DNA of 64,000 nt. Origin: Octopus bimaculoides (lineage: Eukaryota). Below are positions 51,082-64,000 of the stretch, piece after piece. Made by a program: the position numbers and the translations under genes. Position 1 is the stretch's first letter. The number at the start of each line of letters is the position of its first letter. The notes beneath the pieces were generated by a model, which did not search any database, was not told the origin of the DNA, and was given only the letters and a program-made list of their open reading frames with translations. The stretch spans positions 60,266,963 to 60,330,962 of the forward strand of contig NC_068987.1 of assembly GCF_001194135.2 (NCBI RefSeq), in the 5' to 3' direction.

Positions 51082-51867
51082 GGGTAGAGTAATTTGGTTA
51101 CTATAGTACTTATATTGTCTTAATATATACACAAAGAAAGGCGGCAAGCTAACAGAATCATTAGCACACTGGGCAAGATGCTTAGCAGCATTTTATCCAT
51201 CTTTACATTCTGAGCACAAATTCTGCCGAGGTAGACTTTGCCTTTCGTCCTTTCAAGGTCATTAAAATAAGTACCAGTTGAGCTCTGGTTAAGAAACAAA
51301 CATCTTACCCACACAGCGATATCTTTTGGAGTTGATAATTAAGGTGAGAGAGCTGGTATCCCTGGATCTCTGAAATGATCTTATTATGCAAAATTTGATT
51401 ATGTGTTTTATAAACATACATGTATACAAAAACACAAAAAATTATGTATATGTACAGTGCTCCAGCATGGCCAGAGTCAAATGACTGAAACAAATAAAAG
51501 AATAAAAGAATGTGCACACATACACATATGCATACATCCATATAGATATACATGCAGGCAGAGATATAAATATACATACATACATGGATACATACATACA
51601 TAAATACACATACATACATACATACATACATACATACATTTATTCATTCATACATATATACATATATACAACCATGCATACATACACTCGTACATACATA
51701 GAGACACACTTTCAGCTTCATATCTAATTATTATTGGAGCAGCAATATATAGACCAACCTATCTGGATCAAAGTATGGCTGACCTTGAGTTCTTGTGGAG
51801 AGAATGCAACTCCTTAATTCATACACTACAAATGATCACAATATCTGGGACAATAAAATAAAAGTTA

Positions 51868-52268
51868 GCAGGAGTGGCTGTGTGGTAAGTAGCTTGCTTA
51901 CCAACCACATGGTTCCGGGTTCAGTCCCACTGCGTGGCATCTTGGCCAAGTGCCTTCTACTATAGCCTTAGGCCGACCAAAGCCTTGTGAGTGCATTTGG
52001 TAGACGGAAACTGAAAGAAGCCCTTCGTATATATGTATATACATATATATATGTGTGTGTGTGTTTGTGCATCTGTGTTTATCCCCCTAGCATTGCTTGA
52101 CAACTGATGCTGGTGTGTTTATGTCCCCGTAACTTAGCGGTTCGGCAAAAGAGACCGATACAATAAGTACTAGGCTTACAAAGAATAAGTCCCGGGGTCG
52201 ATTTGCTCGACTAAAGGCGGTTCTCCAGCATGCCCGCAGACAAATGACTGAAACAAGTAAAAGAGAGT
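51868..52268 (+). mobile_element. Family B SINE, full length and CpG-rich (young)
   Basis: Complete head, CORE-like block and tail with many CpGs retained. Confidence 0.9.
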
Positions 52269-52947
52269 ACCTAAACATTTAAAGGATCATGAACAAAACA
52301 AAATGCTTCCCTTCACAATCTTGCAATTAAGCAGACAGGTGATAACAGATGCTGGTAGTTTATTCTATGCATCTGCAATTCTGAGCATGCAAAAATGTTT
52401 CTGATTGACATGGATGCTGGGCTGTCTTCTGATTTTGTAAGTATACCAATGGGTGTAAGACAGATGGAATTCACAGAGTGGAATTGAACCCTGAACCACA
52501 TGATCGGCAAGTGAACTTTTTAACCATTTCGCTATGCAGCATCCATTTACATATGTATAGACATAAGCATACATACACGCACAGAGACGTAGATACATTG
52601 TGCTTGCATACCCACCTACATACTATATACAAGCACACACATATACATACACACATATACTGACTAATCTCATTAATTGTACTATCATTTATTACATGCT
52701 TCATGAACATAATAGCATGCATATATCTATAAGCTTATGCACACACATACACAAATGCACACAATTATTCATATACATACATACATACATGTATACATAC
52801 ATGCATGCATATATATATATATATGAATGTATATATGTGTATGTGTATGTATATATGTATATATATGTGTGTGTGAGTGTGTATGTGTGTGAGTGTGTGT
52901 GTATATAAATATATGTATGTATGTATGTATGTATATGTATATATCTA

Positions 52948-52984
<37 letters not shown>

Positions 52985-54571
52985 NNNNNNNNNNNNNNNN
53001 NNNNNNNNNNNNNNNNNNNNNNNNNNNNNNNNNNNNNNNNNNNTATATATAGAATATATATGTGTATATATACATATATGTATTTATGTATGTATATGTG
53101 TGTGTGTTTGCATGTGTGTTTGCATGTATGTGTATGTATATGTATGTATGCATGTATGTATGTATGTATGTATGTATGTATGTATGTATGTATGTACTGA
53201 CTCTGTTGACTTATTATATAATGTTTCATTATATGCCTGGCTGAAGATTAATATAATTCCGTCTGAGCTGTGTAATCTGATAACATATTGACACACCTGT
53301 ACTTTGCCAATTTCTTTTGAAATTCTTCTAATAATATTCTTCATTGTAAAGCTGGTATGTTGTTAAAAATGGTTGAGTGCTGGACTAATTGTACAATAAT
53401 ATTTAGTTTCATTCCTCTATGTTCTGATTTTAGACCCTATGATTATTGACTTTAGCTTTGTGGTGTTGAAAACTATAATTACTGAAATTTACTACTTCTT
53501 AATATTATTGGTGCTTTAAAGGTGATGAAATAGAAGAATTGCTAGCATATCTGACAAAAATTCTTAGTGGTAATTCTTCAAACTCACTATATTCTGAGTT
53601 CAAATTCTGACAAGGTCAACTTTGTTGTTCACCCTTTCTGGGTTGATAAAACAAAGTACCACTCAAGTACTGGAGTAAATGCTAATGACTTGCCCTTCCT
53701 TTCAAAATTGCTGGCCTTGTGCCAAAATTAGAAAGAAAAATATTATTGACTGATACATGGTCACTCAACCTGCTAGAAATAGCAGCCACAAGTCCTTTGA
53801 ATATCACTGTACCATCTTAAAAATATGTTATTCATTATTGTTGTCCCAGACACAAAAACAGCTGAAGGAAAAGGGAAATGGTTATGGCTGGAACACCTTT
53901 TAATCTGCTTGCTTAGTCAGTGTAGACCTGGGGTTAAACAATAATAAAAATTAGAGGCTGTTTCTTTATTAGTAATGATACAATTTATTGGAGAGGAAGA
54001 TGAAATTGTGTGATATTCATGCTTTTCCTAATTTTCTGTATTACCTTTAAATTAACAACCATAGGAATTGAAGTTTGTGTCTATTGAAAAGCTTTCTATC
54101 CCTGTATCTGGAAGGAAAATGCTTATTAACTAACTTAAGGACAGCTTTAATATGCAGGACTTCACACTAATGGAGAAAGGGGATGTGAACCAAATTACAG
54201 TGCATCAGCATTGTTTTTGGCTGGTCCTTGTTGCGAGTATTGTAAGTGAAATTCTCTTTAAATCCATTTGCTGCAAGGGCATTGTTATAATAGGAGCTAT
54301 CCTATTAAAACATATTTTTATGAGAAGACAGACTCAATGTCTTTTTGCTCATTCCTTTAACTAGTAATTAAGTAGCAAGGGATAGGTGACAAACCCCAGT
54401 GTTAATTGTAGGCAATCATCTCTCTGGGCTTACTGTGAGCTTAATACAAATGAGCAGCTAAATCCATTACTATGCTAATGCCAGTGACGCAAGGAAATCA
54501 ACTAGTGCACACAATAAAGTGGTTGGCATTAAGAAGGTCATCCAGCCATACAGGCAATGCAAAAGATGTCA

Positions 54572-54597
54572 CTAACCCTAACCCTAACCCTAACCCT
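54572..54597 (-). repeat. Interstitial (TTAGGG)4
   Basis: ctaaccctaaccctaaccctaaccct. Confidence 0.85.
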
Positions 54598-54712
54598 GCA
54601 GCTTGCTGAATCCCATGAATCAATCCAAGCCACACAAGCTTAGAAAAACAGATATCTGATGATGATGATGATGATGGTGGTGATGGTGATGATGGTGATG
54701 ATGATGACATTA

Positions 54713-54873
54713 CCATATTTTAACATGTATAAGGAACTCCCTAATTTTGAGGGCTTAAAATTTGGAAAAAATTTTTTGTAAGGGATTAAAATACTATCCA
54801 TATATAAGAAACTCCTATACTTTGTAACCTAATTTTTGACAAAAAAGGGTTCCTTGTACACGTTAAAATAGGG
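54713..54873. mobile_element. 161-bp MITE (pogo/Tc2-like CCGTA-type ends)
   Basis: TA-CCATATTTTAACATGTATAAGGAAC ... GTTCCTTGTACACGTTAAAATAGGG-TA; ~25-bp imperfect TIR. Confidence 0.8.
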
Positions 54874-55191
54874 TATATTAGAATATATTAAGTATCCATA
54901 TGTAACTCAGTGTCAAAAATTGGTTTAGAAGGAATCTCCCCCCCTCTCTCTCTTTCTCTCTCTCTAAATACACACTCCACGTGCACGCAGATAGAGAGAC
55001 AGACAGACAGACAGACAGATAGATAGACAGCTAGATTGCTTGACAAATAGATAGATAGATAGATAGATAGATAGAAAGAAACATAAAAATAGAGACAGCG
55101 ACAGATATATTAGACATAGACAGACAGGCATTCAGACAGACAGACAGACAGACACACACACACACACACACATACACACAGACAGACACAC

Positions 55192-55250
<59 letters not shown>

Positions 55251-55684
55251 CAGACAGACAAACAGGCAGACAGGCAAGCAGACAGACAGGCGAGAAAGCA
55301 GACAGACAGACCGACCAATAAATACATAAAAACAGAGACAGCAACTGACACAGGCAGTTAGACAGAATGTTTTAAAGTAAAACAAATTAAAATTATTTTC
55401 TATCCAAATACGTTGATCAGATAAAATAAAAACTTTTGCTTTTTTACTTATTTATTTATTTATTTATTTATTTATTTTACCATTTTATCTCATCCCTTGT
55501 CTATATCTCCCCTCCTCCTCCTCCTTACCATTATCGCTGCCTCATTTGATTCCAGCACCAGCTCTGTTTATCAGCATCCTACTCACTACCACTACTGCTA
55601 CCACTGCCATCACAGCTTACACTTTTCCTTTCTTACAGTGCCTTCTACCCTGAAAAATCGTCTTCCTAGTTACCAATTCTGTAG

Positions 55685-55715
<31 letters not shown>

Positions 55716-55985
55716 CTTCTTCTTCTTCTTCTTCTTCTTCTCCTCCTTCTTCTTCTTCTCCTTCTTCTTCCTCTCCTTCTTCTTCTTCTACTCCTTCTTC
55801 TTCTTCTTCTTCTTCTTCTTCTTCTACTCCTTCTTCTTCTTCTCCTTCTTCTTCTCCTTCTCCTTCTTCTTCTTCTTCTCCTTCTCCTTCTCCTTCTTCT
55901 TCTTCTTCTTCTCTTTCTCCATTTTCTTCTCCTTCTTCTTCTTCTTCTTCTTCTTCTTTTTCTTCTTTTTCCTCTTCTTCTTCTG
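55685..55985. repeat. (TTC)n/(TCC)n microsatellite
   Basis: Direct reading; similar tracts at 18770-18810 and 61280-61390. Confidence 0.95.
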
Positions 55986-57448
55986 CTGGCTTATTACATA
56001 AAATACAGATTCTACACAGGCAAACACAGCTGTGATCTCATTCTGACCTCTGGTATCACCTAGGCAACAAGTGAAACAATATTCTTCCACTCAACATACA
56101 CATTTTCTCATACACACAAATATACATACATATACACACATACATACATACATACATACATACATACATACATACATACACCCACACACACACAAGTATC
56201 CATACATATATATACACACACACATATATATATATATACATACATACACACCTCACACACATACACAGATATATGTAGATATATATACACACACTGAAAC
56301 ATACATACATACACCAGACGCACACAGATATACATACATATATACACACACATACATACAAACAACACACGCATACACACACATACACATATATATACAC
56401 ATATACATACACACTTACATATACATAAATATCGACATATACATANNNNNNNNNNATATATACATATACCCATATAGAAACTTGCATAAATACACATACA
56501 CATGCACATACACATGCACATACACACACTCAGTCAATAGATATACACATATGTATATTCATACATAAATTGCATACACATATTCATACATATAAACGAA
56601 ATTCATACAAACACATGCAGTCATGGATATGTATGTCCCCTCATGTACAGAGCCATTTATATACATATTTATCATCGTGAATTCAAATACTCTGTCATAA
56701 ACATACAGATTCCAAATACCTATACACACACATATATACCTATCCAATCATATATATATATATATATACACACATACACTTATATACTTATACACTTTTA
56801 AACACATTTCATAAACTTTCACAGAGATACACGGACACATATACATTTACATATACATACACACACACACACATATATACGTACATACATAAATACATTC
56901 ATAGACACACACATATATATATATATACAAGCACACACACACACACACACACACGCACACACACCCACACACACACATATATATACATACATATAAACAC
57001 ACACTCACACATGTGTGGGGGTTGTATGTATGTATAAATATATCTACTTGCGTCAATATACCTATAATCAGGCTATAATCTAGCAGCTCCATGATAAATA
57101 TTTGGTCAAAGACACACATGGCTTCTTAAACTATGAACTCTATAACTGTGATTCTACTACAAGTTACAAAGAAATCAGTGAAGTAAAATGGCAATGGACC
57201 AAGTTTTTGGAAGGGACAAATCTAGTACACCTCTTGGAAATGAGAATGAAAAAAAAGGAAATTCTTTAAAATTGTAAGTAGCTTCGAAAATATTAGATTT
57301 TTTTGTGGGATGGGAAGATGGTTTGTTTGTTTGTTTTTAGTGTGTTGTAACTTAACCTGAGAAAGATTTAACTAAATGAAAAATAAAAATAAGAAACAAG
57401 ATTACTCAACACGCTGGAAATAGCAGCCCAGTCTCTCTCAAATCACAC

Positions 57449-57662
57449 ACTCTTTTACTCTTTTACTCTTTTACTTGTTTCAGTCATTTGACTGTGGCCA
57501 TGCTGGAGCACCGCCCCCAAGACTTATTCTTTGTAAGCCTAGTACTTATTCTATCGGTCTCTTTTGCCGAACTGCTAAGTTACGGAGGACGTAAACACAC
57601 TAGCATTGGTTGTCAAGCGATGTTGGGTGGACAAACACAGACACAAAAACATATATGCACAC

Positions 57663-57740
<78 letters not shown>

Positions 57741-57905
57741 GCATATGACGGGCTTCTTTCAGTTTCCGTCTACCAAATCCACTCACAAGGCTTTGGTCGG
57801 CCCGAGTCTATAGTAGAAGACACTTGCCCAAAGTGCCATGCAATGGGACTGAACCCAGAACCATGAAGTTCGTAAGCAAGCTACTTACCACACAACCACT
57901 CCTAC
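57449..57905 (-). mobile_element. Family B SINE, full length
   Basis: Same blocks as 25061-25460 with an expanded internal (TA)n. Confidence 0.88.
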
Positions 57906-58613
57906 GCCTATACTCCTCATCTTTCAAAAGTGAACATATAAGATAGTGTATTCCTAGATAATCATAAACATACAAAATGGCTATGGCATGTTTTAACGTG
58001 ATATTAACCTACAATAACTACAAAAAACATCAAACAGGTCTACTTTTCATAGGTTTCTTGTTTTGTTTACCATAGTCTACTCCAATGCAAATATTGATTT
58101 CAAATTCTGGCACAAGGCCAGCAAAATACGGGGCTGTGAGGAAGTCAATTATATTGACCCAGTACTCAACTGGTACGCTAAAAGAATGAAAGTGATTTCA
58201 ACTCCAGCAGAATTTGATCTCAGAACATGAAGATGGATGAAATGCCACTAAGCATTTCGCACAGTATACTAACAATTCTGCCAGCTTACCACTTTATTTC
58301 AATGCAAATATTTATCAGGAATTAGGTATTGCTTTCGTATCATTATCAAGTCGTTATTTTTGACAGTCGAAGAACACACATAAACAGCTGCATTCACATT
58401 TTGTATACATTTTAACAGTGCAACTGATATCATATGCTGAAAAGTTTTGTCGCACTTTTGTGACCTGGTCACTGACATACTTCTATAACATCTGTTGGAC
58501 ATCAAACACTGATGAGTCAATGATGGGATTTCCCTTCTATAACACTTAAAAGAATTGTTTTAATGAGTTCCAGATGACATTATTTTAGGAAATATGAAAA
58601 ACCATTATTGTCG

Positions 58614-58667
<54 letters not shown>

Positions 58668-59329
58668 CCATTATTATTATTATTATTATTATTTAATCTG
58701 CACGTTTGTTACAGTCACTTGGCAAGACACACCTAATGTCCTATTATTATTATTATCATTATTATTATTATTATCATCATCATATGTTTGGCTTTTGCTT
58801 TGCGTCTGTGCAAGTTGACTCCAAGTCTCACCTGGAGGCCTTAAGAGACAACAAGTTAGTTCAAGTTGGTGTTATGACTAGGGTACCATAATTTTGGTTT
58901 TGCACAAATTATTGTTCTAGAGAATATCCATGGAAACATAAGAAAATTAGGAGTTTGTTCAAAAAGTAATTTGATTATAAGATGATAATGTGTTGTTAAG
59001 ATTACAGTAAAAGGCGTTTACTATTATGTACATTTAAAAGTATTTTGATATTGTATACAGATTAAAATGTTTTGGGGATTACATAGACAATATTTTTTAA
59101 GGATATGAACAGTTCCCATGATGAGTTGGTAGAATTGTTAGCACGCCAGACAAAATGTTAAGCGACATTTCGTTAGTCTTTACGTTCTGAGTTCAAATTC
59201 AGCCGGGTCCGACTTTGTCTTTCATCCTTGCAGGGCTGATAAATTAAGTACCAGTGAAACACTGAGGTTGATGTAATTGACTAGCCCCCTTCCCCCAAAA
59301 TTCAAGGCCTTGTGCCTTCAGTAGAAAGG

Positions 59330-59391
<62 letters not shown>

Positions 59392-59620
59392 CATTATTAT
59401 GGAATTTTACTGTGCTGCCAAGTACAGCTCTGAAGGACTTAGGTATATGTAGCATTTTGTGTTGGTTCTGCTTTGCTATTGTACTAACAGTACTCTATGT
59501 GATATGAAGACAGTGCTAAGTGCTACTATTTTCTGTATGTTTGTAACTGCCAAGATTTTTTCAATGTATTTGTCTGGAACTACTCCAGGCTTGTGCTTGT
59601 ATACTGGAGAACGACAACTG
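59330..59620 (-). mobile_element. 3' end of another RLE-type LINE with (TAA)n tail
   Basis: Minus-strand YIEKILAVTNIQKIVALSTVFISHRVL resembles the RLE C-terminal 'IQKIALLGTAHILR'. Confidence 0.55.
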
Positions 59621-61532
59621 GACAAGAGTTTGTGTCCTTTCTGATCAGAATAGTCTTGGATCAGTGGGGCTCTCTGATTGGCCCTAACTGGGGTGGGGAG
59701 GGAGGTTCTATATCAGGAAAAACTACTTCAGCTATGTTTTCACAAATTTAGTAACCTTTTTTTTATCTCTTCCCCCACTCCATTCTCTTTCTTCCCCTCA
59801 TATTTTAGGTAAATTCTCACACTAATTGTAAATCATTCTTGTAATGCTTCCCACAAGATGCACCTTCCTACAAATAAAAGAAAAATCATCATCAGCATCA
59901 GCATCATCATCAGCATCAGCGTCATCATCATTGTTATTATTATTATTATTATTTTCCTAGCTAGTGAGCTAGTGTTTATAAAATATTACCTTTGCACAGC
60001 TCATCTCTTTGGTGGAGCTGCTGTCTTGGGTGAAGAAAAGAAGGGAGAAAGAAAGAGAGAGAGTGAGAGGGAGTGGCTGAATTCCTTTGAATTCCTTTCT
60101 ACAATTGAAATGAAATTGACCCCCTCGCTATTAAGGGCCCAACCACACACATACACACATTTGTTTTAGGTTTTCTACCCATTTGAATTCGGCCATACAC
60201 CAGATAACATGTTAAGTTTTATGTTCCAAAATTTAAATTTTGAATTTGTTTTAATTATAAAATTACACCTCAACTAAAAAACAACTTCTGGCTTTCAAAT
60301 ACAACCTTTTCTTTCTCTTTCTATATTTTTGTTAAGTTACAATTTCTCTGTTTTGGTCAGGATTTTCTAATTTCTTTTTTCTTGTATCAAGTAATGGATG
60401 ATAGCATTAAAACAAAATTAATTCATAGAGCCGAACAAAATCAAAAATATTAATTCTATTTTTTCCTTCTCCTTAATACTAACAAGAGCATAGTATGAGA
60501 GAGATTTGGCTGTTATTTCTAGCAAATTGAACAACCACACAGAGTTGTTCAATTGGCTCATTTGTTGATGTGTATAAGTAAACAAAAGCTAAAAGACACA
60601 CACACACACACACACTCATATGAATGTGTCTGTGTTTGTCCCCCCCACCACCACCATAGCTTGACAACCGATGTTGGTGTGATTGCGTCCCTTTAACTTA
60701 GCTGTCCAGCAGAAGAGACTGATAGAATAAGCACCAGGCTTACAGGAAGTAAGTCCAGGGGTCAATTTCTTCGACTAAAGGGTGATGCTCCAGCACGGCC
60801 ACCGTCAAATGACTGAAACAAGTAAAAGAATAAAAGAATACGAGAAAAACGTTCCTTAACACTAAATCAAGAGGGTTCTCTGATTATGTATGATGTATTT
60901 TAAGGCTAAATAATAATTCTGTTTATGTTTGCGTAACTGAGATATTTTGGTTGGATTATATAGTCATCGGTTTCACCCATCTTTCTATATTCTGTAACTG
61001 TCACAATATACTTTTCTACTATAGGCACAAGTCCTGAAATTTTGGTGGGGAGAGGGCCAGTCAATTAGATCAACCCCAGTATGCAACTGGTACTTAATTT
61101 ATCGACCCTGAAAGGATGAAAGGCAAAATCAACCTCAAATATTTGCTGTAGCTCATCTTTTATACCAAGACAAAACAATGTACATGATAACACTTCCAAT
61201 CAATTAAGATCAGAAGCCATGAGAGCCACTGCCTGGTACTGCATCAGGGCAATTTGTTATTATTGTTATCATTTATGGTTTCTTCTTCTTCTTCTTCTTC
61301 TTCTTCTTCTTCTTCTTCTTCTTCTTCTTCTTCTTCTTCTTCTTCTTCTTCTTCTTCTTCTTCATCTCCTTCCTCTTCTTCTTCTTCTTCTTGTTATTAT
61401 TATTATTATCATTATTATTATTATTAAAGTAGCTACACCAAGGTCAGCTTTATCTTTTATCCATTTTTCTGGAAGAGTTGATAATTTAAATGCCAGATGG
61501 GGTTCTTAGACTCAACTATGTTTGCTTTATGC

Positions 61533-61563
<31 letters not shown>

Positions 61564-61660
61564 TGTGTGTGTAAATATTGTGAGCTATAAAATAAAAGTA
61601 CACTAATAAGGAGAAAATAAATAAATAAATAAATAAATAATAGTAATAATAATAATGATG

Positions 61661-61719
<59 letters not shown>

Positions 61720-61726
<7 letters not shown>

Positions 61727-62700
61727 GTAATATGACAGAATATTTGGTAAACGACAAAGAAGACCTGCTACAGTATCCTGCTAGTGCAGAAGGAGTTAAC
61801 ACAAATGGACTTGAGAATGCTCATGAATTCCAAACAAGAACAGCCAACAAGAGAGAAGGAACCCTACTCCTTATGGAATTACATGGTCAGTTCTGCCGTG
61901 AAAACAACAAATTAAAGACCAGGAAACATCCTGGAGGTTGCTCAACAAGGGTAACCTAAAAAAGAATGCTGAAAGCCTAATCATCATGACCCAAGACCAG
62001 GCATTGAATACCAACTCAGTAAAAAAGAAAATATACCACACAAATGCGAGGGTCGAAAGTGTGACTCACATTGTTAGTGCTTGTGTAGAGAGAGTACAAG
62101 TGTAAGCATGACAAAGTAGTCTAAAACCTTCACTGGCTACTATGCCATAAGTATGGATATAAGGTTACGGGTGCTTGGTACCAACCTACACCAGAAAAGA
62201 TAATGGACAAAAAGGGGAAGGCAAAATTTCTCTGAGAGTTTGACTTCCAAGACAAAGTGTTAGAGCACTGAAGGCTGGATATTGGAATCTTTAGTGGGGA
62301 CAAACAAGAGTGCCTAATAATCAGCGTAGCAGTGCCAGGAGATCAACACACCACCATGAAAGAAAGAGAAAAAGTTGATAAATATGAAAACCTGAGAATT
62401 GAGATCGCTAAGATGTGGTTGCTACAAGAGTCAAACATAAAGGTTATCCCTATTGTCATCGGAGCATTGGGTTCAATACAACCCAACCTGAAAAAACATC
62501 TGAATGCCTTAGAAATATCCTACAATCTAAATGTATTGCAAAAATTGGCATTACTTGGAACTGCACGCATATTGCGTAAAGTACTGTCTGTTTGAGGTCC
62601 TTGTTGCGACTTGACAAACAGTACAATATCTTCAATCAACAACCTCAACAACCTCACGATATTGTATACTATGTAATATGTGTATAGTGCTCAGGGAATT
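61720..62700 (+). pseudogene. 3' part of an R4/Dong-type LINE (zinc-knuckle remnant and RLE endonuclease)
   Basis: LHGQF, AESLII.TQDQALNTN, ESVTHIVSAC, and VPGDQH…EKVDKYENLRIEIAKMW…VIPIVIGALG…LQKLALLGTARILRKVLSV* (stop at 62595). Confidence 0.9.
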
Positions 62701-63361
62701 TGATACTCCTTTATCTCCTCTGTTGCATATGCTTCAGCATTTAATATTTCCTGCTTCTCTGTCTGAGGGGGATCTTACGATCGTTTCATGAATATACTAC
62801 CTTTCGGAATCCAAGGTTGATAATTATTATTATTAGGAAGTATATCCACTTGTAAGAGAAAAGGATGAATTTCAGTGTAGTAAATCGAATGACAGAAATG
62901 CTATTTAAAATCATATGATAAAAGTGTTGTTTAAAAAGTTATTGGTATAGATCTATATTGGTATAAATTTGGATTTCATTTTGAAAGGTAGTATATTCAG
63001 GAAACAATCATAAGATCTCTCAAAACTTTTTTAAATGATCATAGTTATATTTTATATATTTATTTATTAATACAATATTGTTTATATTATGGACTTATCT
63101 CTACTTTTACTCTCTAATATATTATCGCTCTAACTGAATCTCTAAATACCGTTAAGGTTTTAGACATATCAAGAGCACTAATCTGAAATCCAGTACACTT
63201 TATTTTCATAGGACATATTTGATTAACTATATACATATAAAAATATATATATGTATGTATGTATGCATGTATGTATATATGCATACATACATACATTTAT
63301 ATATATATATATATATAGGAAAAGTGAACAAGAAGACAAACTCTCGAAATGTTGTTAAACC

Positions 63362-63470
63362 ATTTATATCTTGAATTCTTCTACATATGTTTCAGCGGAT
63401 GCACTCCAAAATGTCCACCAGGATAAATTTTGGTCAGCAATGCATCAATCTCATCAGGAAGGATATAAAT
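63362..63470 (-). ncRNA. Extended type I hammerhead ribozyme with intact core
   Basis: Minus strand: ATTTATATC-CTTC-CTGATGA-[57-nt stem II domain with GATGCATT/AGTGCATC and CCAAAAT/ATTTTGG]-GAAA-CATATG-T-A-GAAG-AATTCAA-GATATAAAT; predicted GUA cleavage between 63382 and 63381. Confidence 0.8.
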
Positions 63471-63516
63471 AACAAACTCATCAAACAAACATGTTAACAG
63501 AAATAGAAAGTCCTTT

Positions 63517-63625
63517 ATTTATATCTTTCCTGATGAGATTGATGTATTGCTGATTATAATTTATCCTTTCGGACATTTTGGAGTGCATCCTTCAAAACTT
63601 ATGTAGAAGAATTCAAGATATAAAT
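63517..63625 (+). ncRNA. Extended type I hammerhead motif, probably inactive (GAAA to AAAA)
   Basis: CTGATGA at 63530-63536; AAAA at 63594-63597; stem III CTTATG instead of CATATG. Confidence 0.68.
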
Positions 63626-63797
63626 GGTTCAACAACATCCTGGGAGTTTGTCTTCTTTTCAATTTTCCTATTTTCTACTAAATGCGATTTACTATCCTGG
63701 ATTTAAATCCTGAGACACTTAAGCAACATTTAGCTACCTTGTAATTATTCCCTGGATTTTTCCTTTGAATTGTAAACTCTCTGTTTCTCTCTCTCTC

Positions 63798-63837
<40 letters not shown>

Positions 63838-64000
63838 TTTTTCAGTTTCAATTTCTTCTACCAAATCTATCCAAAAAGCTTACGTTGTTCCAAGAATCTA
63901 GCAGAAATCACTTGCCCAAGCCTCCACACTGTGGGACTGAACCATGCAGTTAGGAAGCAAAAATTTCTAACCTCACAGTGAACTTCTTAACTACATAGTT

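Larger units (their letters stand above)
63315..63671. repeat. ~157-bp inverted repeat (63315-63472 / 63515-63671), 42-nt spacer
   Basis: For example catttatatcttgaattcttctacata pairs with tatgtagaagaattcaagatataaatg, and ataggaaaagtgaacaagaagacaaactc pairs with gagtttgtcttcttttcaattttcctat. Confidence 0.95.

Overview
Eukaryotic, AT-rich, repeat-saturated DNA with many assembly gaps (N runs) next to (TA)n/(CA)n microsatellites. The SINE families, the RTE-type (GAT)n tails and the microsatellite load look like an octopus (coleoid cephalopod) intron or intergenic region; this is recognition, not a database result. No intact host gene, RNA gene or CRISPR array can be supported. Recognisable content: at least six SINE-like families (labelled A-F here); decayed LINEs (R4/Dong-type RLE, RTE, CR1-group); decayed DNA transposons (DD34D mariner, internally deleted DD37D maT, a DUF4817-type Tc1/mariner, a possible hATm-like relic); and several MITEs. 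The most interesting signal is invisible to the ORF track: three unrelated long inverted-repeat cassettes (17.3-17.5, 44.9-45.2 and 63.3-63.7 kb). In each, both arms carry a type I hammerhead ribozyme motif with a short palindromic stem III (Penelope-like element/retrozyme type), and both point outward from the centre. Several solitary hammerhead relics also occur, and many copies are hit at the same CpG covering catalytic G12. A few candidate host exons are listed at low confidence.
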